Shown piece by piece: positions 19,261-28,431 of a DNA stretch of 64,000 nucleotides. The notes under the pieces were generated by a model. That model saw only the letters and a program-made list of their open reading frames with translations, had not been told where the DNA came from and ran no database searches. This DNA comes from Nitrospirota bacterium (GTDB lineage Bacteria; Nitrospirota; UBA9217): the NCBI GenBank assembly GCA_963751455.1, contig CAVVUN010000009.1:192001-256000 (forward strand), in the 5' to 3' direction. How positions within the stretch are numbered: position 1 is the first letter of the stretch; each line of letters starts with the position of its first letter. A program made the position numbers and the translations under genes.

Positions 19261-20661
19261 ATGCACGGGAATGCCGGATTAAGGAAAAGCCTGATTGCGC
19301 TGTTCCTTCTGTTTTTTGCCGCGGTTCCGCTTCATCTTCAAGCACAGATTCAAGCACAGACATCTGTGGATACTCCTGTGACGGTCATGCCGGAAGCAGC
19401 GAAGGGAAAAGATGACCGGTCAGGTGCCGGCATGATAAGTGCGGGCGAGACCTTGACGCTCGGCAAGTGCGTGGAGATCGCGCTCAAAAAAAATCCAGCC
19501 ATCCTCGCAGCACGCAATTCCGTCGAAGTCAGCAGAAGCAGAGTAGGCGAGGCGCGCGCGGGCTATTACCCCCAGTTGACCGCATCCGCTGCATATAGCA
19601 CGATCAGTTCCAACTCCGGCACTTCATCAACTATTTCCGGGGGGGCCCGGTACGATCAGTATACGACAAGCATCGGTTTAAACCAGAATATCCTCGATTT
19701 CGGAAAGACGTCTTCATCCGTTGATATTTCGAAATTCAATATGGAATCTTCCCGGTCCGATCTCGTTACTGCGGAAGATACCGCGATTCTGAACGTGAAA
19801 CAGTCCTATTACGGCGTTCTGAAGGCAATCAGGACCCGGGATGTTGCGACTGATGTGCTTAAGCGATTTGAATTGCACCTGGATCAGGCGCGGGGTTTTT
19901 ACGAAGTCGGTACAAAGGCCAAAATCGACGTAATCAAGGCGGAGGTCGATTTGAGCAATGCAAAACTGAGCCTGATCAATGCCGAGAACGCTCTCAAGAT
20001 AGCGTGGGTCACGCTGAATAATGCAATGGGAGTTCCGGACGCGCCCGAATACGGGATTGAAGACGAGCTTTCATTCCAGCAGTATTCAATAACCCTGGAC
20101 CAGGCGACGGCGAGGGCATTTGAGAACCGGCCCGACCTCAGATCCATAGTTGCGAGGAGGCAGGCCGCCGAATCGAATATAAGCCTGGCCAGATCAGGCT
20201 ACTATCCGGTTTTGTCGGGAAGCGCCAGCTACAACCGGTCGGAAGTCGATGTCAGTCCGGCCCGGTCCGACGACGGTTGGAATGTCAGAGTCGCTCTGAC
20301 CATTCCTTTATTCAGCGGGTTTTTGACCAGCCATCAGGCAGCAGAGGCAAAATCAGCAGTGTATGTGGTCCGATCGAATGAAGAATCGCTGCGTCAGCAA
20401 ATACTTCTCGAAGTTCGCCAGGCATACTTCAACCTCCAGGCTGCCGAAGCCAGTATATCTACCGCTGAATTGGCTGCTGCCCAGGCCAGGGAAAATCTTG
20501 ATCTTGCGAATGGAAGATATGCCGCAGGAGTGGGGAGCCCGGTCGAGGTTTCAGATGCCTTCGCCACGTATGTTAGCGCCCAGGCAAATCATACGAGCGC
20601 CCTGGCAAACTATAAAATTGCACAAGCGAGCATCGAGAAGGCGATGGGTGGGGGAAGATGA
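19261..20661 (+). CDS. TolC family outer-membrane efflux protein
   Basis: Signal peptide; two OEP repeats (ARAGYYPQL / ARSGYYPVL), EVRQAY, RYAAGVGS. Confidence 0.9.
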   Translation: MHGNAGLRKSLIALFLLFFAAVPLHLQAQIQAQTSVDTPVTVMPEAAKGKDDRSGAGMISAGETLTLGKCVEIALKKNPAILAARNSVEVSRSRVGEARAGYYPQLTASAAYSTISSNSGTSSTISGGARYDQYTTSIGLNQNILDFGKTSSSVDISKFNMESSRSDLVTAEDTAILNVKQSYYGVLKAIRTRDVATDVLKRFELHLDQARGFYEVGTKAKIDVIKAEVDLSNAKLSLINAENALKIAWVTLNNAMGVPDAPEYGIEDELSFQQYSITLDQATARAFENRPDLRSIVARRQAAESNISLARSGYYPVLSGSASYNRSEVDVSPARSDDGWNVRVALTIPLFSGFLTSHQAAEAKSAVYVVRSNEESLRQQILLEVRQAYFNLQAAEASISTAELAAAQARENLDLANGRYAAGVGSPVEVSDAFATYVSAQANHTSALANYKIAQASIEKAMGGGR

Positions 20662-20716
20662 AGCAAGAGGGCCGGTCTTCCGTCGTCGCTCGTTTTTGTT
20701 TTTGAAAGGATTTAGC

Positions 20717-21868
20717 ATGACTCACATTCCCGGGTATTTTTCGATTCCATTCACAATACTGACCTTCTTGCCGCTGTTTTTTGCCTGTGCAGAGGGAGAT
20801 GCCAAAAAAGGCCCGCGAAGCGTGCCTGTAATGACCCAACCCGCTGAACAGAAAAATATCCCGCTGCAGGTAAGGACAATCGGAAATGTAGAGTCCTACA
20901 ACGCGGTGACCGTCAAGCCCATGGTGGGAGGAGAAGTTGCCGGAGTTTACTTTAAAGAAGGACAGGAAGTTAAAAAGGACGACTTGCTGTTCAAGATAGA
21001 TTCCAGGCCGTACGAAAGCGCCTTGAAGCAGGCCGAGGCCACGCTCGCAAAGAACCTCGCGCAGGCAAGGAATGCCGAAGAACAGGCGAAGCGGTACGCG
21101 ATTTTAGTCCAAAAAGAGTATGTTTCCCGCGATCAGTACGACCAGCTGCGCGCAAACGCTGAGGCGCTGGCAGCTGCGGTGGACGCTGACAAGGCCAATG
21201 TCGAGAACAGCAGGCTTCTGCTTTCTTACTGCACGATAAAATCTCCGATCAACGGAAGGGCCGGCGCGGTTCTTGTCAATGCAGGCAATGTGGTCAAGGC
21301 GAATGACGTCGCGCTCACGATGATTAACCAGATAGTGCCTATTTACGTCACATTTGCCGTTCCCGAGCAGAACCTCTCTGACATCAAGAAATATGCGGCA
21401 CTGCGGGAGCTGAAAGTCGATGCAGTTATCCCGGGCGATGAACAAAAACCAGCCCGCGGTGAGTTGACCTTCATCGATAACGCGGTCGACCGGGCAACGG
21501 GAACGATCAGGCTCAAAGGTACATTCGAGAACCGGGATAAGCGGCTCTGGCCGGGTCAGTTCGTGGACGTTATCCTTACTCTTACGATGGAGCCAAACCG
21601 GGTGGTTGTTCCGTCGCAGGCGGTACAAACCGGCCAGCAGGGCCAGTACGTCTATGTGATCAAGAACGATATGACCGCCGAGCTCCGCATGGTAACACCG
21701 GGGAGAATATATCAGAACGGGACGATTATAGAAAAGGGCGTTGCCGCGGGCGAGAAGGTCGTGACCGACGGACAGCTCCGGCTCACACCCGGTGCCAAGG
21801 TGGAGATTAAAAACGTTCCTTCCAACGAGGGAACAAGCGCCAAACCTCAAGCATTAAATCCCAAATAA
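20717..21868 (+). CDS. RND efflux periplasmic adaptor (MdtA-like)
   Basis: FKEGQEVKKDDLLFKID, IKSPINGR, FIDNAVD..TGTI, LWPGQFV; ATG 20717 after AAAGGA. Confidence 0.9.
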   Translation: MTHIPGYFSIPFTILTFLPLFFACAEGDAKKGPRSVPVMTQPAEQKNIPLQVRTIGNVESYNAVTVKPMVGGEVAGVYFKEGQEVKKDDLLFKIDSRPYESALKQAEATLAKNLAQARNAEEQAKRYAILVQKEYVSRDQYDQLRANAEALAAAVDADKANVENSRLLLSYCTIKSPINGRAGAVLVNAGNVVKANDVALTMINQIVPIYVTFAVPEQNLSDIKKYAALRELKVDAVIPGDEQKPARGELTFIDNAVDRATGTIRLKGTFENRDKRLWPGQFVDVILTLTMEPNRVVVPSQAVQTGQQGQYVYVIKNDMTAELRMVTPGRIYQNGTIIEKGVAAGEKVVTDGQLRLTPGAKVEIKNVPSNEGTSAKPQALNPK

Positions 21869-21934
21869 GCAACAAAACCAAGTATCGAGTCCCAAACGCT
21901 TGGTCACTGTACTTCAATAATTGGATATTTTTTG

Positions 21935-22106
21935 GTAACTATTCAGCTTCTTTTCAGAACGGCATTAAGACAAATCTGAGAAAAAGCCTTCTATCCGCAG
22001 ATTTCGCAGATGGACGCAGATTTTAATTTAAAACCAGAATTCGGGTTTTGTTTTTATCTGCGAAATCTGCGTAATCTGCGGATAAAGAAATGACCTGAGT
22101 AGTTAC
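21935..22106. mobile_element. 172-bp MITE with GTAACTATTCAG/CTGAGTAGTTAC TIRs and 8-bp TSD ATTTTTTG
   Basis: ATTTTTTG at 21927-21934 and 22107-22114 flank a 12-bp near-perfect TIR; internal 9-bp periodic inverted repeat. Confidence 0.8.
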
Positions 22107-22361
22107 ATTTTTTGTTATTTGGTATTGTAATTTGGAATTTTAACCATGAATATTTCCGAACTATCGATACGCCGTCCCGTCCGCAGATTTCGCAGATGGA
22201 CGCAGATTTTAAAACCAGAATTCGGGTTTTGTTTTTATCTGCGAAATCTGCGTAATCTGCGGATAAAGAAATGACCTGAGTAGTTACATTTTTTGTTATT
22301 TGGTATTGTAATTTGGAATTTTAACCATGAATATTTCCGAACTATCGATACGCCGTCCCGT
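21995..22361 (+). repeat. Tandem duplication (186 + 181 bp) including the RND gene start
   Basis: 21995-22180 is repeated at 22181-22361 with a 5-bp indel; ATGAATATTTCC occurs at 22146 and 22327. Confidence 0.9.
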
Positions 22362-25300
22362 AATGACGACGCTCGTGATGCTTTCCATCCTCTTCGCGGG
22401 CATCGCCGGGTACCGGCTGCTGCCGGTCTCCGACCTGCCGAACGTGGATTTTCCGACGATCCAGGTGACCGCGAACGTGCCTGGAGCAAGCCCGGAGACC
22501 ATGGCTTCGGCCGTGGCCACGCCTCTCGAAAAGCAGTTCTCGACCATCGCCGGCATTGAATCCATGACCTCGGCCAACGGCAAGGGGAACACCCGGATAA
22601 CGATCGTATTCGACCTCAGCAGAGACATCGATGCCGCGGCCCAGGACGTTCAGTCGGCAATTGCTTCCGCGGCGCGCCAGCTGCCGGAGGACATGCCGAG
22701 CCCGCCGTCGTTCCGCAAGGTAAATCCCGCCGACTCGCCGGTGCTCTACCTTGCTCTCAGTTCTCCCACAATGCCGCTCTCCGCAGTAGACGACTACGCC
22801 CAGACCATTATTTCCCAGCGCATCTCCATGGTGAGCGGTGTGGCCCAGGTTCAGGTATACGGGTCACAGAAATACGCCGTTAGGGTCCAGCTCAATCCCC
22901 GGGCCCTGGCAAGCAGGGGAATCGGTATTGATGAAGTGGCGGGCGCAGTCTCACGCGCGAACGTGAATCTTCCTACAGGCACGCTTGAAGGCGCGAACCA
23001 GGCGTTTACCATTCAGTCAACAGGCCAGCTCCTGGACGCAAAGGCATATCGTTCCGTTATTGTCGCGTACCGCGGCGGAGCGCCCGTGCGGCTCCAGGAA
23101 ATAGGCAACGTGATAGACAGCGTGGAGAACGACAAGGTCGCGGGCTGGTTCAAGGACACCAGGGCGATCATTCTCGCCATCCAGCGCCAGCCGGGCACGA
23201 ACACGGTCGAGGTCGTGGCTTCCATCAAGAAGCTTATTCCGACGTTCCGCCAGCAGATCCCGGCCTCGGTAAACCTCCAGGTCCTGTTCGACCGTTCGGA
23301 ATCCATTCGTAACTCGGTCCATGACGTTCAATTCACCCTGGTCCTGACGGTCTGCCTTGTCGTGCTCGTGATCTTTCTGTTCCTCCGGAACCTTTCCGCT
23401 ACCGTCATCCCGAGCCTGGCGCTCCCCATGTCCGTGGTGGGTACATTCGCAGTCATGTATCTGCTCGACTTCAGCATGGACAATATGTCTCTCCTGGCGC
23501 TCACGCTTTCTGTCGGGTTCGTGGTCGACGACGCCATCGTAATGCTCGAAAATATCATCCGGCATATTGAGATGGGCGAAACCGTCATGGAGGCCGCGCT
23601 CAAGGGATCCAAAGAAATCGGTTTTACCATCCTGTCCATGACTATATCGCTCGTGGCTGTCTTTATCCCGGTGTTTTTCATGGGAGGCATCATGGGGAGG
23701 CTTCTCCATGAATTCGCCGTCACCATCGGCATGTCGATCCTGATCTCGGGTTTTGTCGCCCTGACGCTTATACCCATGCTTACCAGCCGCTTCGTGCGGC
23801 CCCACGGAAATGAACAGCATGGCAAACTGTACCAGGCGTCAGATCGCTTTTTCGCCAACATGCTGCATTTTTATGAACGGACCCTGACCTACGTGCTCGA
23901 GCACCGCCCGGGTACGATGATCGTCTCGGGGGGCGTTCTGCTTGCAACTGCGGTCCTCTTCTGGTACATGCCACAGGGCTTCCTCCCGAGCGAGGACACC
24001 GGACAGATGGCAATTGTAACGGAAACCGCGCAGGGTACCTCGTTTGAATCAATGAAACAGCATCAGCAGGCAGTTGCTGCCATAGTGCTCAAGGACCCGA
24101 ACGTTGATGCCTTTATGTCGAGCGCAGGCTCAGGCGGCGCCAGCTCATCGGGAAATCAGGGACGGCTGTTCGTCCGGCTCAAGCCTCGTTCAGAGCGGAA
24201 GCTGCATGTGGATGAGGTGATACAGCAGCTCAGACCCAAGCTCGCACAGGTCCCCGGGATCATGGCGTTTCCTCAGAACCCTCCTCCGGTGCGCCTGGGC
24301 GGGACTATCACCAAGAGTCTTTACCAGTTTACGCTGCAGAGCCCTGATATCAACGAGCTCTACGAGAATGCGCCCAGGCTTGAGGCCAGGCTGCGCGAAT
24401 TACCGCTGCTTCAGGACGTGACAAGCGACCTGCAGATCAAGAACCCCCAGGTGAACGTGGAGCTCGACCGCGATAAAGCGTCAGCCCTCGGCATTACCGC
24501 GACACAGTTTCAGACAGCGCTCCAGGCCGCGTACAGCAGCCAGCAGATAACGACCATTTACGCGCCGAACAACCAGTATCGGGTCCTGATGGAGCTGGAG
24601 CCGGAGTACCAGCAAGACCCTGCCTCGCTCTCTCTGCTGTATATCCGTTCGTCGGGCAACCAGCTGGTTCCCCTCAGGACCGTGTCAAACCTTTCTCAGA
24701 GCCTGGGCCCTTTGGCGGTTAATCATCTGGGTCAACTCCCCGCAGTGACCCTGTCTTTCAATACGAGGCCGGGCGTTTCCCTGGGAACGGCAGTGGATGC
24801 AGTAAACAAAGCCGCACGGGACACCTTGCCCTCTTCGATTACCACGAGCTTCCAGGGCACGGCCCAGGCATTCCAGTCGTCCATGCAGGGGCTCGGCCTG
24901 CTCCTGCTCGCTGCAACACTGGTGATTTACATCGTGCTCGGCATCCTGTATGAAAGCTTCATTCATCCGCTTACAATTCTTTCTGCGCTGCCCTTTGCAG
25001 GGTTCGGCGCGCTCGTGACGCTGCTGATCTTTGGTTCGGACCTGAATGTCTATGCGTTCGTGGGTGTTATCCTGCTCGTGGGTCTCGTAAAAAAGAACGG
25101 CATCATGATGATCGACTTTGCTCTGGATTCCCAGCGGAGTGAAGGGGCCTCGCCCCGGGACGCAATATTCAAGGCATGCATGATACGGTTTCGTCCGATC
25201 ATGATGACGACGATGGCTGCACTGCTGGGCACGCTTCCGATTGCGCTCGGTTTTGGCGCAGGTGCGGAGTCGCGGCGTCCGCTCGGTCTTGCCGTGGTCG

Positions 25301-25434
25301 GTGGTCTTTTATTTTCACAGACCTTGACGCTCTATGTAACGCCGGTTGTGTATCTGTACATGGACCGGCTCCAGTCCAGGATGGGAAATTTCGAGATTTT
25401 CAAAACACGGAAAAGAGCGGGCTTACATGAATAA
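22327..25434 (+). CDS. RND efflux permease (MdtB/MdtC-like)
   Basis: 1035 aa; LPNVDFPTIQV, GFVVDDAIVMLENI, GLVKKNGIMMIDFA, RFRPIMMTT. Confidence 0.95.
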   Translation: MNISELSIRRPVMTTLVMLSILFAGIAGYRLLPVSDLPNVDFPTIQVTANVPGASPETMASAVATPLEKQFSTIAGIESMTSANGKGNTRITIVFDLSRDIDAAAQDVQSAIASAARQLPEDMPSPPSFRKVNPADSPVLYLALSSPTMPLSAVDDYAQTIISQRISMVSGVAQVQVYGSQKYAVRVQLNPRALASRGIGIDEVAGAVSRANVNLPTGTLEGANQAFTIQSTGQLLDAKAYRSVIVAYRGGAPVRLQEIGNVIDSVENDKVAGWFKDTRAIILAIQRQPGTNTVEVVASIKKLIPTFRQQIPASVNLQVLFDRSESIRNSVHDVQFTLVLTVCLVVLVIFLFLRNLSATVIPSLALPMSVVGTFAVMYLLDFSMDNMSLLALTLSVGFVVDDAIVMLENIIRHIEMGETVMEAALKGSKEIGFTILSMTISLVAVFIPVFFMGGIMGRLLHEFAVTIGMSILISGFVALTLIPMLTSRFVRPHGNEQHGKLYQASDRFFANMLHFYERTLTYVLEHRPGTMIVSGGVLLATAVLFWYMPQGFLPSEDTGQMAIVTETAQGTSFESMKQHQQAVAAIVLKDPNVDAFMSSAGSGGASSSGNQGRLFVRLKPRSERKLHVDEVIQQLRPKLAQVPGIMAFPQNPPPVRLGGTITKSLYQFTLQSPDINELYENAPRLEARLRELPLLQDVTSDLQIKNPQVNVELDRDKASALGITATQFQTALQAAYSSQQITTIYAPNNQYRVLMELEPEYQQDPASLSLLYIRSSGNQLVPLRTVSNLSQSLGPLAVNHLGQLPAVTLSFNTRPGVSLGTAVDAVNKAARDTLPSSITTSFQGTAQAFQSSMQGLGLLLLAATLVIYIVLGILYESFIHPLTILSALPFAGFGALVTLLIFGSDLNVYAFVGVILLVGLVKKNGIMMIDFALDSQRSEGASPRDAIFKACMIRFRPIMMTTMAALLGTLPIALGFGAGAESRRPLGLAVVGGLLFSQTLTLYVTPVVYLYMDRLQSRMGNFEIFKTRKRAGLHE

Positions 25435-26611
25435 CCGGATGCCGTTAAGCTTCATGAAGATATTTAAACAATGGCGGTTTACAATTCCCGCTGCCGTCGT
25501 ACTTGCGCTGGTACTGTTCTTTGTATTTCGCGGCAACGGCAGCAAACCGGAATACAGGACCGATACGGTAAGCAGGGGAGAGATCCAGCAGACCGTGACC
25601 GCAACGGGAACCGTGAACGCCGTAATGACTGTTCTGGTAGGCACGCAGGTGTCAGGAACGATCAAGAAGCTCTATGTTGACTTCAACTCCAAAGTTAAAA
25701 AGGGGCAGCTCATAGCCCAAATCGACCCGGACATGTTCGAAGCGCAGGCCGAGCAGGCGAGGGCCAACCTCGGAAAAGCCGACGCGCAGATGCGCGACGC
25801 GGAGCGAAGCCTGAAACGGAACCAGGAGCTTTTCAGCCGCAATCTTGTGCCCCGAAGCGATCTGGAAACGGCAGAAACGAATTTCGACAGCGCAAAGGCG
25901 CAATTCCTGCAGGCAAAGGCATCGCTGCGGCTCGCTGAAACCAATCTGCGGTATACCGCGATCATTTCTCCGGTTGACGGCATCGTGATTTCCAGGTCAG
26001 TCGATGTCGGACAAACAGTTGCGGCAAGTTTCCAGACGCCCACGCTTTTTACGATTGCACAGGACATCACGAAGATGCAGATCAACACGAACGTTGCCGA
26101 GTCCGATATCGGGATGGTTAAAGTCGGCCAGGACGTAGAGTTCTCCGTGGACGCCTATCCGGATACCGTCTTTTCAGGCAAGGTCCGTCAGATCAGGCAG
26201 GCGCCGATTACCGTCCAGAACGTGGTCACCTATGACGTTATCATTGACGTGAGTAACCGGGATTTTAAACTGATGCCCGGAATGACTGCGAACGTGTCTG
26301 TCATTATTACCAGAAAGAAGGACGTTGTCAGGATTGCAAACACCGCGCTCAGGTTCAGGATGATGGAACGAGCAGCCGGAAAGATAGAAGGAGCACGCTC
26401 AGAAGCCGGGGAGAAGAAGTGCCCTACGGTCTGGATCCTCGAAAACGGAAAAGCAAAACGCATCGCAATAACTGCCGGCATCAGCGACGGAAATTATACA
26501 GAAGTCGTGTCCGGCGATTTGAAGGAAGGGCAGCAATTGATCGTGGATATGATGCGGAAAAATAAAGCGCCTGCTTCGTCGGGCGCCGGGCGCGGTCCGA
26601 GGATGTTCTAA
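25427..26611 (+). CDS. macA: MacA-like efflux periplasmic adaptor
   Basis: VTATGTVN...VGTQVSGTI..LYVDFNS.VKKGQ, GQTVAASFQTPTLF, VQNVVTY, LMPGMTA. Confidence 0.85.
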   Translation: MNNRMPLSFMKIFKQWRFTIPAAVVLALVLFFVFRGNGSKPEYRTDTVSRGEIQQTVTATGTVNAVMTVLVGTQVSGTIKKLYVDFNSKVKKGQLIAQIDPDMFEAQAEQARANLGKADAQMRDAERSLKRNQELFSRNLVPRSDLETAETNFDSAKAQFLQAKASLRLAETNLRYTAIISPVDGIVISRSVDVGQTVAASFQTPTLFTIAQDITKMQINTNVAESDIGMVKVGQDVEFSVDAYPDTVFSGKVRQIRQAPITVQNVVTYDVIIDVSNRDFKLMPGMTANVSVIITRKKDVVRIANTALRFRMMERAAGKIEGARSEAGEKKCPTVWILENGKAKRIAITAGISDGNYTEVVSGDLKEGQQLIVDMMRKNKAPASSGAGRGPRMF

Positions 26612-26623
26612 TCCCAGGACATT

Positions 26624-26717
26624 TTCCGCAGATTTCGCAGATTTCGCAGATTTCGCCGAAAAACAACCACATCGCTAAATTTTCATTTTTGCAATTTGCA
26701 CTTTGCATTTTTCAATT
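26624..26717. repeat. Half nonamer repeat (CGCAGATTT x3) followed by heptamer repeats (TTTGCAN)
   Basis: CCGCAGATTTCGCAGATTTCGCAGATTTCG then TTTTCATTTTTGCAATTTGCACTTTGCATTTTTCAA. Confidence 0.7.
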
Positions 26718-26753
26718 CCTGCTTAGCCGAGGTTGCGGTAAGTCGGAGGTGTC

Positions 26754-27446
26754 ATGCCCCTCATAGAAGCAAAAAACATCAGCAAGGTATACACGATAGG
26801 GGACATCGATCTGCGGGCCCTTGATTCCATTTCGACGACCATCGACAAAGGCGAGTTTGTTGCGATCATGGGACATTCCGGTTCGGGCAAGTCGACCTTT
26901 ATGAACGTCCTGGGATGCCTCGATACCCCCACAGACGGCCGCTATCTGCTTGACACAGTCGATACGTCCGGGCTTTCCCGCGATGAACTGGCCGAGATCA
27001 GGAATAAAAAACTGGGTTTTGTATTCCAGGGCTTCAACCTCCTTCACCGAACATCAGCCCTTGAGAACGTCGAACTTCCGATGCTCTATAACGGCTTCTC
27101 ACAGGATGAGCGAAGGGAACGGGCGCTCAAAGCGCTCAAGAGTGTCGGGCTTGAGGGAAGGGAAGGCCACCACCCAAACCAGCTCTCCGGCGGCCAGCAG
27201 CAACGCGTTGCAATCGCCCGCGCACTTGTAAACGAAGCCCCGATTATCCTTGCGGACGAACCCACCGGAAATCTCGACAGCAAAACAAGCGATGAGATCA
27301 TGAATCTTTTTGTCAGGCTGAACCAGGAGTCCGGCATTACAGTCATCCTCGTTACGCACGAATCCGATATTGCAGCCTACAGCAGAAGAATCATACGGTT
27401 CCTGGACGGCAGGATTGTGAGTGATGAACCAGTGATACGAAAATGA
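26754..27446 (+). CDS. MacB-type ABC ATP-binding subunit
   Basis: [34 protein letters not shown]. Confidence 0.92.
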   Translation: MPLIEAKNISKVYTIGDIDLRALDSISTTIDKGEFVAIMGHSGSGKSTFMNVLGCLDTPTDGRYLLDTVDTSGLSRDELAEIRNKKLGFVFQGFNLLHRTSALENVELPMLYNGFSQDERRERALKALKSVGLEGREGHHPNQLSGGQQQRVAIARALVNEAPIILADEPTGNLDSKTSDEIMNLFVRLNQESGITVILVTHESDIAAYSRRIIRFLDGRIVSDEPVIRK

Positions 27447-27476
27447 ATACGGATTTCTGCAAGGATAGTAAATAAT

Positions 27477-28215
27477 TCCCAAGCTAAACCCCCGGCTACG
27501 CCGGGGAGAATAGAAAAAGCTATGCTGTAGTATTTGAAAAAGAAAAGCTCCTTTCCTACAATAAGACCGCTGTTCCGGTGGTCATCGCAGGAAAGGAGCA
27601 AACAGGTGAAAGAAAGTTCAGCACACACAGTCCATGAATGTAAATACCATGTTGTATTTGTACCGAAGCTCCGGAGGAAGGTCATATACGGAAGGCTTCG
27701 ACAGGATGTTGGCCCGATATTGCGTCGGTTGTGCGAATACAAAGGGGTGGGCATTTTGGAAGGGAAAGCCTGTATAGACCACATCCATTTGTGCCTGTCG
27801 ATCCCGCCCAAGTATGCAGTGGCGACCATCGTGGGGTATATAAAGGGAAAAAGCGCGATGATCGTGTTTGAACGGTACAGTAAGCACAAACGGAATTTCA
27901 AAGGTCATAGTTTTTGGGCACGCGGGTACTATGTCAGTACGGTAGGGCTGGACGAAGCGAAGATACGGAAATACATCAAGGATCAGGAAATCAACGAGTC
28001 GATTGTGGACAAGTATGATCGGGATGTGCATGACCCCTTTTAGGGGTGCCCGTAACAGGAGCAATTAGCAGCGACAAATAACGTGACGCGAATGGCTATC
28101 GGAACAGCCAATTGCACCAGGATAAACAGAAAAAGAAGATAACCCCTTAAGGGGTGCAAGTAACACTGCCCCTATGGGGCTTAATCAAGCCACCGGCTAC
28201 GCCGGTGGTCATGAC
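27477..28215 (+). mobile_element. IS200-type element (tnpA only; ends approximate)
   Basis: Subterminal hairpins CCCCGGCTACGCCGGGG (left) and CCACCGGCTACGCCGGTGG (right), ending in TGAC; no TSD; no tnpB. Confidence 0.85.
27606..28043 (+). CDS. tnpA: IS200/IS605 Y1 transposase
   Basis: CKYHVVFVPK, HUH motif DHIHL, FWARGYYVSTVG, catalytic YIKDQ; GTG start after GGAG. Confidence 0.93.
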   Translation: MKESSAHTVHECKYHVVFVPKLRRKVIYGRLRQDVGPILRRLCEYKGVGILEGKACIDHIHLCLSIPPKYAVATIVGYIKGKSAMIVFERYSKHKRNFKGHSFWARGYYVSTVGLDEAKIRKYIKDQEINESIVDKYDRDVHDPF

Positions 28216-28400
28216 TCTGAAAAGAATCGTTGGGACGCAGAAAAATCGGATGAACGCAGATTTTCAAAATAGAACCGAAATCGCAATTGTCCTTTTTGGA
28301 AAAATGCCAATCAATCAGCTTTTTGGTTTGTCCGCGAAAATCCGCGTTTATCGTTCGACTAAGCTCACGCCGAAGTCTGCGTCCAATTGCCGTTTCTTGG
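28216..28400. mobile_element. Degenerate third copy of the CCT...AGG MITE family
   Basis: TTGGGACGCAGAAAAATCGGATGAACGCAGA is identical to the 13734 copy; ends CTGCGTCCAATTGCCGTTTCTTGG|TTAAT. Confidence 0.7.
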
Positions 28401-28431
28401 TTAATCTGTCATTCCGCAATCCGAAATTGAA

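Noticed and set aside
20363-20716. Long N-terminal extension of the RND adaptor ORF
   Set aside because: It overlaps tolC out of frame; the ATG at 20717 has an RBS and starts a signal-like segment.
21995-22361. CRISPR array from the repeated CGCAGA blocks
   Set aside because: It is a two-copy tandem duplication with internal inverted repeats; no unique spacers and no cas genes.
28044-28215. tnpB or omega-RNA downstream of IS200 tnpA
   Set aside because: No tnpB ORF or RuvC remnant is visible; only terminal hairpins.
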